A DNA stretch of 64,000 nucleotides from Chitinophagaceae bacterium. GTDB taxonomy: Bacteria > Bacteroidota > Bacteroidia > Chitinophagales > JADJOU01. The stretch lies in contig JAFEIJ010000015.1 of assembly GCA_017495115.1 (NCBI GenBank), forward strand, positions 3,553-67,552, read 5' to 3'. The notes below the pieces were generated by a model. The model was not told where the DNA came from. It ran no database searches and saw nothing but the letters and a program-made list of their open reading frames with translations. A program made the position numbers and the translations under genes. Shown here piece after piece: positions 46,564 to 57,434 of this stretch (positions are counted from its first letter, which is position 1; each line of letters opens with the position of its first letter).

Positions 46564-46654
46564 ATTCGTTTTTACAAATAAACTAAAATTTGTTAATTTT
46601 TTGATTAAAAATTTGCGTTATCTACATTAACATATTTAATAACAAAAAAAATAA

Positions 46655-46662
46655 TACCTTTG
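46655..46662 (+). promoter_or_regulatory. -7 box TACCTTTG (serS)
   Basis: 18 nt before ATG 46681. Confidence 0.55.
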
Positions 46663-46680
46663 CATAAATAAACATATAAA

Positions 46681-47952
46681 ATGATTCCAATTCATAAAAT
46701 TAAGCAAAATCAAGAAGCCGTAATCGAAGCATTAACGAAGAAACATTTTAAAGATATTTCATTAATTGATACCTTAATTGAAAAAGATGAAGCGCGTAAA
46801 AATGTTCAAAAAAAATTAGATGATGTTTTATTTGAAGTCAATTCCATTTCGAAAGAAGTTGGAAATTTATTTAAACAAGGAAAAGCCGAAGAAGCCGAAG
46901 TTTTAAAAAACAAATCTTCTGAACTAAAATCGACCACGGAAAATCTTTCTCAATCTTTAAAAAGTATTGAAAATGAAATTCATGACATTCATATTCAATT
47001 CCCTAATATTCCACACGAGAGTGTACCTAAAGGTAAAACCGCGGAAGATAATACGACAGTAAGAAGCTGGGGTACACGACCTATTTTAGCAAAAAATGCG
47101 GTTCCACATTGGGATTTAGCTTCAAAATATGATTTATTTGATTTAGATTTAGGTTCTAAACTTACAGGTGCGGGATTCCCGGTATTTAAAGGAAAGGGTG
47201 CCAAATTACAAAGAGCGTTGGCTCAGTTTTTTTTAGATGAAAATACGGCCGCAGGTTACCAAGAAATTATTCCTCCTTTGATGGTTAATGAAGCGTCTGC
47301 TTATGCTACAGGGCAATTGCCCGACAAAGAAGGTCAAATGTATATCATCAATGAAGAGCGACCTTTTTATATGATTCCTACCGCGGAGGTCCCTGTAACC
47401 AATATTTATCGTGATAAAGTGTTGTCATTGCAAGATTTACCTGTTAAACTTACCGCATTTTCGCAATGTTTCCGAAGAGAAGCAGGAAGTTATGGAAAAG
47501 ATGTACGAGGATTAAACCGAGTACATCAGTTTGATAAAGTGGAAATTGTACAATTAGTAAACCCTGAAAACTCATACCAAATTTTAGAAGAAATGACGGC
47601 TCATGTTGAGGGAATTTTACAAAAATTAGGTTTAGAATATCGCGTATTACTTTTATGTGGCGGGGACATGAGTTTTGCATCCGCTAAAACGTATGATTTA
47701 GAAGTGTATAGTGCCGCGCAAGAAAAATGGCTTGAAGTCAGTTCGGTTTCTAATTTTGAAGATTTTCAGACCAATCGATTAAAAGCAAGATATAAAGACG
47801 AGGAAGGAAAAACAAAACTTTGTCATTCTTTAAATGGTAGTGCCTTGGCTTTACCTCGTATTTATGCCGCTATTTTAGAAAATTATCAGACGGAAGATGG
47901 TATCAAAATTCCAGATGTTTTAGTTCCTTACACTGGATTTAATAAAATATAA
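46681..47952 (+). CDS. serS: serine--tRNA ligase
   Basis: N-terminal coiled-coil arm. Class II motifs FRRE.GS.G.D.RGL.RVHQF.KVE and GSALA.PR. Confidence 0.95.
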   Translation: MIPIHKIKQNQEAVIEALTKKHFKDISLIDTLIEKDEARKNVQKKLDDVLFEVNSISKEVGNLFKQGKAEEAEVLKNKSSELKSTTENLSQSLKSIENEIHDIHIQFPNIPHESVPKGKTAEDNTTVRSWGTRPILAKNAVPHWDLASKYDLFDLDLGSKLTGAGFPVFKGKGAKLQRALAQFFLDENTAAGYQEIIPPLMVNEASAYATGQLPDKEGQMYIINEERPFYMIPTAEVPVTNIYRDKVLSLQDLPVKLTAFSQCFRREAGSYGKDVRGLNRVHQFDKVEIVQLVNPENSYQILEEMTAHVEGILQKLGLEYRVLLLCGGDMSFASAKTYDLEVYSAAQEKWLEVSSVSNFEDFQTNRLKARYKDEEGKTKLCHSLNGSALALPRIYAAILENYQTEDGIKIPDVLVPYTGFNKI

Positions 47953-47954
47953 GG

Positions 47955-48818
47955 ATGCGCTTTATTTTACTTTTTTTTGTTTTATGTTCATCTCATCTCA
48001 ATGCTCAAAATTGGGACAAATCTGTTTTTGAGTTCGACAAGTCGAACTTTGAATATATTCAAAAAAATAAATTTAATGATGGTCTTTACTTATCTTATTA
48101 TGATTTATTAAATGAAGTCAACGGCATTCAGCCTTTTTTTTATTTCAATAAAATTGTCGATACCACTTTAGTGGATGAAAAAATAGCACTTTTTGAAATC
48201 AATCAAGATTTTTTAGCTTACGAAGCGTTAGAAAAATATCTTTATGTGGTTAAAAATGGTGTTTTTTATTTTCAATTTTTTAGAGACCCAAAACAAAAAC
48301 GAATTATATATATTTCTGTTTCAAAAGATGAGCCATATCAATATATTTGTAGTGCTATTCCGGTTAAAATTTTTAAAAAATTAAGTAAAAAGCCATTAAA
48401 CGAAAACAATGATGAACAATTTTTTGAACATACATTTGCTAGTGATAGTATTTTAAATCAAAAGCCTTTTTTGAATTTAAGAAATGCTAAAAATGATTAT
48501 TATTTAGATTATTACAATTTCCTTAAAAACAAATGTCAAATCCGCTTTGATCAATGGAGCAACCAATTTATAGATTCGAAAAATGAAGTTTGGATATCAG
48601 GAAATTTTATTGTTTCGCTCAGCTTAGGTAAAATTTTTGATGCATCGTATTTAACCTCAGGTTATATTTTATCACAAAAACCAGAAATTACTCGAAAATT
48701 GGATTCAAAAGTTATGATTACAGTGGACAACAACCTAAATTATTATCAATTTGAGTATAAAAGGAGTACTATAAATAAACTAATTAATTTATTAAATCAA
48801 GAGCTTTACCAACCTTAA
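47955..48818 (+). CDS. hypothetical secreted protein
   Basis: Signal peptide MRFILLFFVLCSSHLNAQ. No family recognised. Confidence 0.4.
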   Translation: MRFILLFFVLCSSHLNAQNWDKSVFEFDKSNFEYIQKNKFNDGLYLSYYDLLNEVNGIQPFFYFNKIVDTTLVDEKIALFEINQDFLAYEALEKYLYVVKNGVFYFQFFRDPKQKRIIYISVSKDEPYQYICSAIPVKIFKKLSKKPLNENNDEQFFEHTFASDSILNQKPFLNLRNAKNDYYLDYYNFLKNKCQIRFDQWSNQFIDSKNEVWISGNFIVSLSLGKIFDASYLTSGYILSQKPEITRKLDSKVMITVDNNLNYYQFEYKRSTINKLINLLNQELYQP

Positions 48819-48827
48819 TCTATAAAA

Positions 48828-49205
48828 ATGAAAAAAATAATCAATACATCAAATGCACCAAAAGCCATTGGACCTTATAGTCAAGCGGTTTGGGCTGGTG
48901 ATTTACTTTTTTTGAGTGGTCAAATTGCACTTTGCCCAGAAACTGGAGCGTTTTTAAATAGTTCGCTAGAAGAAGAATCGCACCAAGTAATGAAAAATAT
49001 CAAGAGTATTTTGAATGCGGCAGAGATGGATTATCAAAATATTATCAAATCTAGTATTTTCCTAAAAGATATGAATGATTTTGCCGAAGTAAATCAAATT
49101 TATGCGTCATATCTTTCTGAGCCATTTCCTGCGAGAGAAACTGTTGAAGTAGCACGATTACCCAAAGATGCTCGTATTGAAATTAGCATTATTGCTAAAA
49201 AGTAA
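48828..49205 (+). CDS. ridA: RidA family reactive-intermediate deaminase
   Basis: 125 aa. APKAIGPYSQAV....L.LSGQI...P.TG and PARE.VEVA.LPK.A.IEI motifs of canonical RidA/TdcF. Confidence 0.85.
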   Translation: MKKIINTSNAPKAIGPYSQAVWAGDLLFLSGQIALCPETGAFLNSSLEEESHQVMKNIKSILNAAEMDYQNIIKSSIFLKDMNDFAEVNQIYASYLSEPFPARETVEVARLPKDARIEISIIAKK

Positions 49206-49213
49206 AAATTATT

Positions 49214-50887
49214 CTAAAAATAATTTTCTCTTTTTCTAAAATTCAAACGTAAACCAGCACTTAATCCAAAGGAGTTATTTGACGGCAAAACACTATTAAA
49301 ACTCGAATTTCTGTAAAAAACATCAAAATCTATAAAGAGATTATGCCACAACATATATTGTGTTTGTAAACTTAATATATGAATTGTATTTGCAACTCCT
49401 TGATTTTGAGTAACACCAAAAGTATTCGGGATATTATTTCCTGGTATACTAGCAAAAATATCCGAACCAAATTTTGCGTTAGCGGTATCCGCACCTCTTT
49501 GTATTAAAAAATATTTTGCTTCTAGTAATAATCTTGGAATAGGTTGATAATTTAATCTAAAAATCCATTCTGTAAAATTTGCACCTAAAGGATGCGCTAA
49601 CGTTTGATTATAATGTGTGTAATTTGACAACGTATCTCCTTTATAATCAATATTATAATGCGAATAGGTATATGGTCTAACCATATTAAATTCGACTTGG
49701 CCATCCAAATTTTTAACACCACCCATATTTAAATATTTACCTCCAAGTTGTAATGCATATTTGTTGCCCCACCAACCACTTTGTTTTATCAACTCATTGA
49801 TTTTGAGATCATCAATCAACAATTGAGAATATACTTGAAATTGATTTTGAATATTCCATTTAAACTGAAAACCCATTAATGAATTATCAGCACTTCCCAA
49901 TGTATGCTCCAAAGAACGATAAAACATAAGCGGATTGAGATATTGAATGTCAAATCCATTATTTCTATTAAAAACAATGGATTCAAAGAAAGAAAGTTCT
50001 ATTTTTGAAGAAGGTTTGAAAGTTAATAAATGCGTTGCTGCATATTTTCTCAATAAATTTCGATCGGCTCCTCGTTGATATTGATTGACTAATTCATTAA
50101 ATAAAACTTGATAATTCAACTTCCAAAAACGAATTTGTGATTTTAAAAATAATGCCGGTGCCGCTTGATCACTCAAAAATAAGGAACGATAACCGTGACC
50201 ATAAAAATGCCGATCGTGTCCAAAAGTAATACTAAAATACTTTGGAAAACTATAATCAATATATCCAATCGAGTTCGAAAAGTCAATAGCATTTGAATTG
50301 CCATCTTTCCAATAAGTGTATTGAGGAATAGATGCATATTTATTTGACAAACTGTATTGATTAACAAAATCTGGATGTCGCATTTGATTTTCGGTAACTT
50401 GAAAATAAAAGCTAAAACGACGCTGAATATTTCCATGAATTTCAAGACCACGCGTATTTTGAAATAAATTTGCTTCTTGACCAGAAACGTTACCTGCAGT
50501 TAAAGCTAAAATGGGATTGATACGGATAAAAAAATCTTGGTTTTTATACGCATAAAAACTGGCTTGATTTTTATAAAAAGTATTCCATAGATTTAAAGAT
50601 TTAAGCGAATCAGATTTTAAAGAATCTTGAAAATCAATAAGTTCTTGATTTAGAAAACTTATATTAAAATTATCTATTTTTGAAAAATTCCATTCTTTTT
50701 TTTGAATCAAATCATATACATCATTTCTTCTATAATTTTTAAATCCCGCATAAAATTGCGCATTAGAATCTAAAATTTCGAGACGATTTACAATAAATTC
50801 CGCAAAGTTATTGTTACTAAAAGTACTTCCTTGGGAAAATAATTCAATACTGAACGTGATGGATAAAACTAAAATTATTATTTTCAT
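49214..50887 (-). CDS. outer-membrane beta-barrel protein (possibly Wzi-like)
   Basis: Signal peptide. 557 aa rich in aromatic/Gly beta-strand patterns. C-terminal ...NYF, an aromatic terminal residue typical of OMPs. It overlaps the upstream permease gene by 4 nt. Confidence 0.4.
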   Translation of the reverse strand: MKIIILVLSITFSIELFSQGSTFSNNNFAEFIVNRLEILDSNAQFYAGFKNYRRNDVYDLIQKKEWNFSKIDNFNISFLNQELIDFQDSLKSDSLKSLNLWNTFYKNQASFYAYKNQDFFIRINPILALTAGNVSGQEANLFQNTRGLEIHGNIQRRFSFYFQVTENQMRHPDFVNQYSLSNKYASIPQYTYWKDGNSNAIDFSNSIGYIDYSFPKYFSITFGHDRHFYGHGYRSLFLSDQAAPALFLKSQIRFWKLNYQVLFNELVNQYQRGADRNLLRKYAATHLLTFKPSSKIELSFFESIVFNRNNGFDIQYLNPLMFYRSLEHTLGSADNSLMGFQFKWNIQNQFQVYSQLLIDDLKINELIKQSGWWGNKYALQLGGKYLNMGGVKNLDGQVEFNMVRPYTYSHYNIDYKGDTLSNYTHYNQTLAHPLGANFTEWIFRLNYQPIPRLLLEAKYFLIQRGADTANAKFGSDIFASIPGNNIPNTFGVTQNQGVANTIHILSLQTQYMLWHNLFIDFDVFYRNSSFNSVLPSNNSFGLSAGLRLNFRKRENYF

Positions 50888-52554
50888 TTAACTTCATTTA
50901 AAATTTGGTGGTGTTTCTTGCTATTTCCATAACCGTACATAGCATAAATCATAATTCCTAATGCCATCCAACCTAAAAATCCATACCAACCCACAGCAGG
51001 AATTTCTATCATTAGATACATACAGCAAATGGCTCCTAGAATTGGAATCGCATTATACTTTTTATAAACAGCTAAAAAAATTATTAAATTGAATACCAAA
51101 GAAAATAAAAGAAATAAAAATTCTTCGAATAATAAATGATTGATACGATTGCAATACATAATAAATTTTGGCAACATAAAATACCAATATGCAATAGCAA
51201 CAAAGGGTAAAATCCATCTGGAATTAACATAAGGAATTTTAAATTGCTTATTTTGTTTCGTGATTTTTGGAAGTGCTAAAACGCCTAAACAAACTAAAAC
51301 AAAAGCAAATAAAGTTCCGATACTTGTTAAATCGGTCATAATCGATGCGGGTACAATAAGAGCTGGAATTCCTACTAATATTCCGGTTAATAAAGTCGAA
51401 AATGCAGGAGTTTTATATTTTGGATGAATATTAGAAAATCGTTTTGGGAGTAAATGATCACGACTCATGCTCATCCAAATTCGCGGCTGACCAATTTGAA
51501 ATACCAATAATACCGAAGCCGTAGCAATTACCGCACTAATTGAAATGATATATCCAATCCAATTTAAACCTACTTTTTGAAAAACAAAAGCAAGTGGATC
51601 TTCGACTTTAAGAAAACTAAAATGCACCATTCCAGTTAAAACCAATGCAATTAAAACATAAAGTATTGTACAAATAATGAGCGCATACATCATTCCTCTT
51701 GGTAAATCTCTTTGCGGATTTTTACATTCTTCGGCCGTAGTTGATATGGCATCAAAACCAATATAAGCAAAAAATACTGCAGAAACGCCTGCTAATACTC
51801 CAGAAAAACCATTAGGTAGAAAAGGGACATAATTTTGAGGATTAATATAAAAAAAACCAACACCAATGACCAAACCAATTACTGCAATTTTAATAAATAC
51901 CATTAAATTTGATACTTTCTTTGTTTCTTTAATTCCTATATAGGCAATGAATGTAATTATTGCAACAATAAAAAAGGCAGGAATATTTAGCATTATTTTA
52001 TATCCAAAAATAGATGGTGCATTTTCAAATCCAACAATATATTCATATAATTGTGGCGAAATTTTTTCACCTTGCATTATTAAATCTTGAGCATATGCAT
52101 AATTATCTATAGCCGCGTAATAACCTACGGAAAGCCAATATGGAAAATGAATACCAATTCCTTTAAGTAAATTCAAAAAATAACCACTCCAGCTAATGGC
52201 CACCACAATATTACCAATTGCATATTCCAAAATTAGTGCCCAACCAATAATCCATCCAAAAATTTCACCAAAGGAAACATATGCATAGGTATAAGCGCTA
52301 CCACTTTGAGGTATTCTTGAAGCAAACTCGGCATAGCAAAGTGCCGAAAATCCGCACGTAACCGCAACAATAAGAAAAAGAAAAACAACGCCTGGTCCTC
52401 CTTGAAATGATGCCATACCGATAGTAGAAAAAATTCCAGCTCCTATAATAGCTGCAATTCCCATTAAAGTTAAATCAAAAGTGGTTAACGTTTTATTTAG
52501 TTCGCTTTTGTTTTCGCTTAAGTCTATATTTTTTTTCTTAAAAATGTGTTTCAT
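50884..52554 (-). CDS. amino acid permease (APC superfamily, cationic amino acid transporter-like)
   Basis: About 14 TM helices. GAGIF, YAEF....P.SGSAY.Y and FFAYIGFD motifs of the APC family. Confidence 0.85.
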   Translation of the reverse strand: MKHIFKKKNIDLSENKSELNKTLTTFDLTLMGIAAIIGAGIFSTIGMASFQGGPGVVFLFLIVAVTCGFSALCYAEFASRIPQSGSAYTYAYVSFGEIFGWIIGWALILEYAIGNIVVAISWSGYFLNLLKGIGIHFPYWLSVGYYAAIDNYAYAQDLIMQGEKISPQLYEYIVGFENAPSIFGYKIMLNIPAFFIVAIITFIAYIGIKETKKVSNLMVFIKIAVIGLVIGVGFFYINPQNYVPFLPNGFSGVLAGVSAVFFAYIGFDAISTTAEECKNPQRDLPRGMMYALIICTILYVLIALVLTGMVHFSFLKVEDPLAFVFQKVGLNWIGYIISISAVIATASVLLVFQIGQPRIWMSMSRDHLLPKRFSNIHPKYKTPAFSTLLTGILVGIPALIVPASIMTDLTSIGTLFAFVLVCLGVLALPKITKQNKQFKIPYVNSRWILPFVAIAYWYFMLPKFIMYCNRINHLLFEEFLFLLFSLVFNLIIFLAVYKKYNAIPILGAICCMYLMIEIPAVGWYGFLGWMALGIMIYAMYGYGNSKKHHQILNEVK

Positions 52555-52571
52555 TTATTCACTTAAAATTA

Positions 52572-53951
52572 TTATTTGATAATCCATTTTTTGATAAATT
52601 CAATTCCTTTATATGGTATATATTTCATAGGAATATCAATAAAAGTTGGCGAAATCATCACGGCTTTTGAATTTGAAAACACTTTAAAACTCTCTTTACC
52701 ATGATATTTCCCTATACCACTATTCCCTACTCCACCAAAAGGTAAATTATGGTTGGCTACATGAAGCAAAACATCATTTATACAAAAACCTCCAGAACTG
52801 CATGTCATAGACAAATCTTTTCCTATTGATTCATTTCCAAAATAATACATTGCTAATGGCTTTGGATTTTGGTTTATATATTTTGTGCAATCTTCTATTT
52901 TACTAAATGAAATTAAAGGTAATATGGGGCCAAAAACTTCTTGTTCCATTACTTTTTCATTAATATTCGAAGAAACAATAGTTGGTTCAATAAATTTTTG
53001 AGAAGCATTTGTATTTCCACCAAATACTACATTTGAATGTTTAATTAATTCATTGAGACGCGCAAACGCTTGTTCATCAATAATTCGACCGTAAAAATTT
53101 GAATTTTCTGGACTATCCGAATAAAATAATTTTATATACTTTATTAAGTTTTGAATAAACGTTTCTTGAATATCTTCATGAATAAAAATATAATCTGGAG
53201 CAATACAAGTTTGTCCGTTATTCATCCATTTACCCCAAACAATTCTTTTGGCTGTTATTTCCAAATTGGCGTCTTGATCTACAATACATGGACTTTTTCC
53301 ACCAAGTTCAAGTACACAAGGCGTTAGATTTTGGGCCGCAGCTTGCATGACTATTTTGCCAACTATTGGATTTCCAGTAAAGAATATAAAATCAAATGGT
53401 TTTGATAATAAATATTGAGCCGTTTCCGCTTGCCCCAAAACTACTGAAATATAGGAAGCGTCAAAATATTTTGAAATTAAATTTGCAATAAGATTTGACG
53501 TATTTTTGGATTTTTCAGAAGGTTTAATAATCGCACAACAACCTGAAGAAATGGCACCAATTAGGGGCGCTAAAGCCAATTGAAACGGATAATTCCAAGG
53601 TGAAATAATTAAAGAAACGCCTAAAGGTTCATTTTGAATGTAACTCTTGGAAGGCCATAATGTTATTGGCGTAGATACCGATTGGAGTCGCATCCATTTT
53701 TTTAAATTTTTAAGATGATATGAAATTTCAGATTTTAATATTGAAATTTCAGTAAAAAATGCTTCATCTTTATTTTTCTTTAAATCTAAATATAGTGCTT
53801 CATAGATCAAAGATTCATTTTCTTTTATTAATCGCTTTAGTTGCTTTAATTGCTGAATTCTAAAGTCATACGATTTTGTTTGTTGAGCATCAAAAAAAGA
53901 TTTTTGTTTTTCAAATAACAAAGCGATTTCTTCATTAGACGTAATTTCCAT
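52572..53951 (-). CDS. aldehyde dehydrogenase family protein (class 3-like)
   Basis: ELGGKSP, QTCIAPDY (catalytic Cys) and FGG.G.SG.G.YHG motifs. 459 aa. Confidence 0.85.
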   Translation of the reverse strand: MEITSNEEIALLFEKQKSFFDAQQTKSYDFRIQQLKQLKRLIKENESLIYEALYLDLKKNKDEAFFTEISILKSEISYHLKNLKKWMRLQSVSTPITLWPSKSYIQNEPLGVSLIISPWNYPFQLALAPLIGAISSGCCAIIKPSEKSKNTSNLIANLISKYFDASYISVVLGQAETAQYLLSKPFDFIFFTGNPIVGKIVMQAAAQNLTPCVLELGGKSPCIVDQDANLEITAKRIVWGKWMNNGQTCIAPDYIFIHEDIQETFIQNLIKYIKLFYSDSPENSNFYGRIIDEQAFARLNELIKHSNVVFGGNTNASQKFIEPTIVSSNINEKVMEQEVFGPILPLISFSKIEDCTKYINQNPKPLAMYYFGNESIGKDLSMTCSSGGFCINDVLLHVANHNLPFGGVGNSGIGKYHGKESFKVFSNSKAVMISPTFIDIPMKYIPYKGIEFIKKWIIK

Positions 53952-53957
53952 AGTTTT

Positions 53958-54446
53958 CTATTTTATTTTTCTTTGAGGAATTCCTTTTTGACATTTTTCA
54001 TTCGAGCATTTACCATATAGATATAAAGAATGTGAATCAACCGTAACATTTAATATTTCTTCTAAAGATTTTTTGATTTGATGCAAACGTGGGTCACAAA
54101 ATTCAATAATACTTTGGCATTGATTACAAATAAAATGATCATGCTGTTTGTAACCAAAAGACTTCTCGTACAAAGATAAATTTTGTCCAAAATGATGTTT
54201 GACAATAAGACCACATTCCAAAAATAATTCTAAATTATTATAAATTGTCGCTCTACTAATCCTGTATGAAGTATCGGATAAATTTTTAAACAAGGTATCT
54301 ACGTCAAAATGCGTATTTAGTTTATAAATTTCATTAAGAATATAATATCTTTCACTGGTTTTTCGCATCTTTTTCGCATCCATATGATTGGTGAGAATAT
54401 GAAAAATATCCGGAAAATCTTTTAGTAGCTTTTGAGCTTCAGTCAT
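53958..54446 (-). CDS. Fur family transcriptional repressor
   Basis: Winged-helix region (SRATIYNNLELF), HDHFIC..C and C..EKC metal-site motifs. Confidence 0.75.
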   Translation of the reverse strand: MTEAQKLLKDFPDIFHILTNHMDAKKMRKTSERYYILNEIYKLNTHFDVDTLFKNLSDTSYRISRATIYNNLELFLECGLIVKHHFGQNLSLYEKSFGYKQHDHFICNQCQSIIEFCDPRLHQIKKSLEEILNVTVDSHSLYLYGKCSNEKCQKGIPQRKIK

Positions 54447-54452
54447 TTTATT

Positions 54453-55598
54453 TTATTGTTTTACCGTTTTAATCGTCTTAACCAAAATGCCATTTTGATC
54501 ATAGAAATGCGTCAAATAAAGTCCTTTGCTCCATAATTCGCTATCTATTTGTTTCTCTATTGAATTACGATTATTCATTTCTTTTCCTAAAATATCTATT
54601 ATTCGATATGAATGATTATCTGGAAAATTTAGTACTAAATAACGACCATTATAAAAAGCATTAAAATCTTTTAATTTCGAAATAGATTCAATATTCATAA
54701 CTGCCTTTTTATCATACTGAATTGTTGTATAATTAGTTCCTAAAGAATCTAAAGTAGCTAAAACGACCTCTTGATTACCCGAAGATCCATAGAAAGAATG
54801 TGTTTTTACAGATGGCAATAAATCTTCAGATGGCAATGGGAAAAGACCTAAATCATTTAAGTTTAACTTAAGTGGAAGTGGGCCAATTTTAATATGAATG
54901 TATGGAATAAATGAAAAATCAAGAGCGCGTTCTAATCTTAAAACGTCTTTATCGGCAATTGTTGGCGTCGTTATTTTACCAAATGCGTCGCATGAAATTT
55001 TACTACTTAATGAAACTTCAACTGAAATGGAATCAACTTTAGGAGTTACACCTGGAGGAAGACCTGGAATAGAAGCATTTGCAATTAAAGAATCTAAGTT
55101 ACCTACAAGACTTTCAATTACATCTTTTGGTAAAGTAATTGAGGCTTTATCTTGAGAATTCACCGGACCCATATTATATGAAATTGGACTAGTTAAAAAT
55201 TTCAAATTCCCATTAAATCTAAAATCTAAATCAAGAGGCAACGGAATTGCATCTCCTAAGTCTAAACCTCTTATAATGACATCATTTTGAGTTTTTTCTA
55301 AATAAAGCTCAATAGGTGCATCTTCTCCTACAGAAATTCGCATATTGGCTTTAGGAAATTTAGTACCCGAATAGGATCTATAATTTACCGTAGAGCTCAT
55401 TCCATCTGTTAATGATGTATAATCAAACTTTTGATTATTTCCTTTTGGAGCTACTTTATACTCTACATCATTGACATTGTTTACAAATTCAAAAGTGTTT
55501 CCTGGCGATGGAAGAATTGAATTATCTCTTGAAAATTGTGCGTCTAAAGATTTTAATACTATAGAAAAGAACAAGAAAAAGATAAATTTAGATTTCAT
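54453..55598 (-). CDS. T9SS type A sorting domain-containing secreted protein
   Basis: Signal peptide MKSKFIFFLFFSIVL. The C-terminal ~60 aa (YRIIDILGKEM.....I......GLYL.HF.......VKTIK) look like a Por_Secre_tail. Start taken at ATG 55596-55598, 17 nt from the TAAATTTG box. Confidence 0.65.
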   Translation of the reverse strand: MKSKFIFFLFFSIVLKSLDAQFSRDNSILPSPGNTFEFVNNVNDVEYKVAPKGNNQKFDYTSLTDGMSSTVNYRSYSGTKFPKANMRISVGEDAPIELYLEKTQNDVIIRGLDLGDAIPLPLDLDFRFNGNLKFLTSPISYNMGPVNSQDKASITLPKDVIESLVGNLDSLIANASIPGLPPGVTPKVDSISVEVSLSSKISCDAFGKITTPTIADKDVLRLERALDFSFIPYIHIKIGPLPLKLNLNDLGLFPLPSEDLLPSVKTHSFYGSSGNQEVVLATLDSLGTNYTTIQYDKKAVMNIESISKLKDFNAFYNGRYLVLNFPDNHSYRIIDILGKEMNNRNSIEKQIDSELWSKGLYLTHFYDQNGILVKTIKTVKQ

Positions 55599-55615
55599 AA
55601 CTTTTATATTTTTAG

Positions 55616-55623
55616 CAAATTTA
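55616..55623 (-). promoter_or_regulatory. -7 box TAAATTTG (T9SS cargo gene)
   Basis: CAAATTTA on the plus strand. 17 nt upstream of ATG 55598. Confidence 0.55.
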
Positions 55624-55705
55624 AGTGCAAAAAACCAAATAATCGTTTTTTTTTTAATCATATATAAAAAAGACTTTAGATTTGTGAACTTAATGAATAT
55701 TTATA

Positions 55706-57427
55706 ATGAAAAAAATCCTACCTCTTGTAATTTTAATATTTATAGCTTTTTGGGGTTGTAAAAATAAAAGCAACAAAAATAAAAGTGAAATCATCGTTCA
55801 TTTATTATCGGATCCAGATAAATTAAATCCATACACATCCACTACAGCGGATGCAAGTTATATGGAACGATTTTTATTTCAAAAATTGATTGATTGGAAT
55901 TATGAAAAAAATGATTTTGAAGCGGTTTTAGCTGTTTCTAGACCAAAAATTACACCATTTAATAATGGCCTAAAAATTGAGTATGAAATTAAACCCGAAG
56001 CTAAATGGGACAATGGAACAGATATAACAGCTTATGATGTTGCTTTTTCATACAAAGCCGTTTTGAATCCTAAAACTTCTTGTGAGCATATTCGTCCTTA
56101 TTTCAAAAGATGGATACAAAAAATAGAAATTGACAGCACCAATCCTAAAAAATTCACTATCTATTCTAAAGAAAAATATATTTTAGTTGAAGAATATAGT
56201 GGATATTGGGTGATGCCAGAATATATTTATGATGCTGATAAAATTATGCGTCAATTCACTATTGAACAGTTAAATGATACAAATTCTTTAAAAACAAATC
56301 AAGAAATTGTTAAATTTGCGGAACAATTCAATAGCCAAAAATTCATGCGCGAAAAAGGTGGCATTGTAGGTTCGGGGCCATACGAATTTGTAGAATGGAA
56401 TACAGGTAGTTCTGTTGTTTTTAAAAGAAAATCGAACTGGTGGGGAAGAAATTCAAAAGATACTGCATTACAAAATATAGCTTCAATCGAAACCTTAAAA
56501 TTTAAAGTTATCAATGATTGGAGTACAACCACAACGGCTATTAAAGGAGGTGGATTGGATTGCATTCACAGTATTGAGTTTAAATCGTTTAATGAATTAA
56601 AATCGGATTCCAAATTTAATGAGAATTATAATGCGTTTACACCTTCTGCCGATCAATATGTTTATATTGGAATCAATATGAGTAATCCCAAATTAAAAGA
56701 TATTAAAGTTAGACAAGCCATGGCGCATAGCCTTGATAAAAACTTGATTATTGAAACCTTGCTTTACGGTCTTGGTCAGCCTATAGAAAGTATGGTGCAT
56801 CCTTCAAAAAATTATTACAATAAAAACCTTAAGTCTTTTGATTACAATATTGAAATGGCTAATAAAATTCTTGATGAAGCAGGATGGATAGATAAAGATG
56901 GCGATGGCGTTCGTGAAAAAATGATTAATGGACGTTCGGAAGCATTAAAATTAGAATTTAAATATAATTCGGGAAATGAAACTCGAAAAAATATTGGATT
57001 AATCTTCAAAGAAAATTTGAAAAAAATCGGAATAGAGGTCAATATGGTTTCTAAAGAGTTCACTATTTTTATAGATGATCTTAAAAAACACGATTTTGAG
57101 GTGTATTGTGGCGGTTGGGTTGGCGATCCAAATGTAGAAGATCCTACACAATTATGGCATACTGAATCCGCTAAAGGTGGTTCAAATTATGTAAATTATG
57201 GCGATATGGAAAGTGATCGATTAATTGATCAGATTGCTAAAGAATTAAATCCCGAAGTTCGAAATCAGCTTTATATGAAGTTTCAGGAAAAAGTTCATAA
57301 TGAAATTCCATATATTTTCATTTATGCTCCTAATGAAAGAATGGCATTTTCAAAACGATTTACAAATACAAAAGCATATACTGCTCGTCCTGGATTTGAT
57401 CTTAATGCATGGAAATTATCTAAATAA
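55706..57427 (+). CDS. ABC transporter substrate-binding lipoprotein (family 5, peptide/nickel)
   Basis: Lipobox AFWGC. 573 aa with the SBP_bac_5 pattern (GSGPY.F.EW..G..V...). Confidence 0.8.
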   Translation: MKKILPLVILIFIAFWGCKNKSNKNKSEIIVHLLSDPDKLNPYTSTTADASYMERFLFQKLIDWNYEKNDFEAVLAVSRPKITPFNNGLKIEYEIKPEAKWDNGTDITAYDVAFSYKAVLNPKTSCEHIRPYFKRWIQKIEIDSTNPKKFTIYSKEKYILVEEYSGYWVMPEYIYDADKIMRQFTIEQLNDTNSLKTNQEIVKFAEQFNSQKFMREKGGIVGSGPYEFVEWNTGSSVVFKRKSNWWGRNSKDTALQNIASIETLKFKVINDWSTTTTAIKGGGLDCIHSIEFKSFNELKSDSKFNENYNAFTPSADQYVYIGINMSNPKLKDIKVRQAMAHSLDKNLIIETLLYGLGQPIESMVHPSKNYYNKNLKSFDYNIEMANKILDEAGWIDKDGDGVREKMINGRSEALKLEFKYNSGNETRKNIGLIFKENLKKIGIEVNMVSKEFTIFIDDLKKHDFEVYCGGWVGDPNVEDPTQLWHTESAKGGSNYVNYGDMESDRLIDQIAKELNPEVRNQLYMKFQEKVHNEIPYIFIYAPNERMAFSKRFTNTKAYTARPGFDLNAWKLSK

Positions 57428-57434
57428 AACACTA

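Noticed and set aside
57300-57434. N-terminal extensions offered by the ORF track for purE (57300), the GmrSD-like gene (38381), PadR (4299), the T9SS cargo gene (55661) and the serine hydrolase (20393).
   Set aside because: The extensions overlap upstream genes or promoter boxes, are hydrophobic or low-complexity, and remove the expected family N-termini or signal peptides. I chose internal ATG starts instead.
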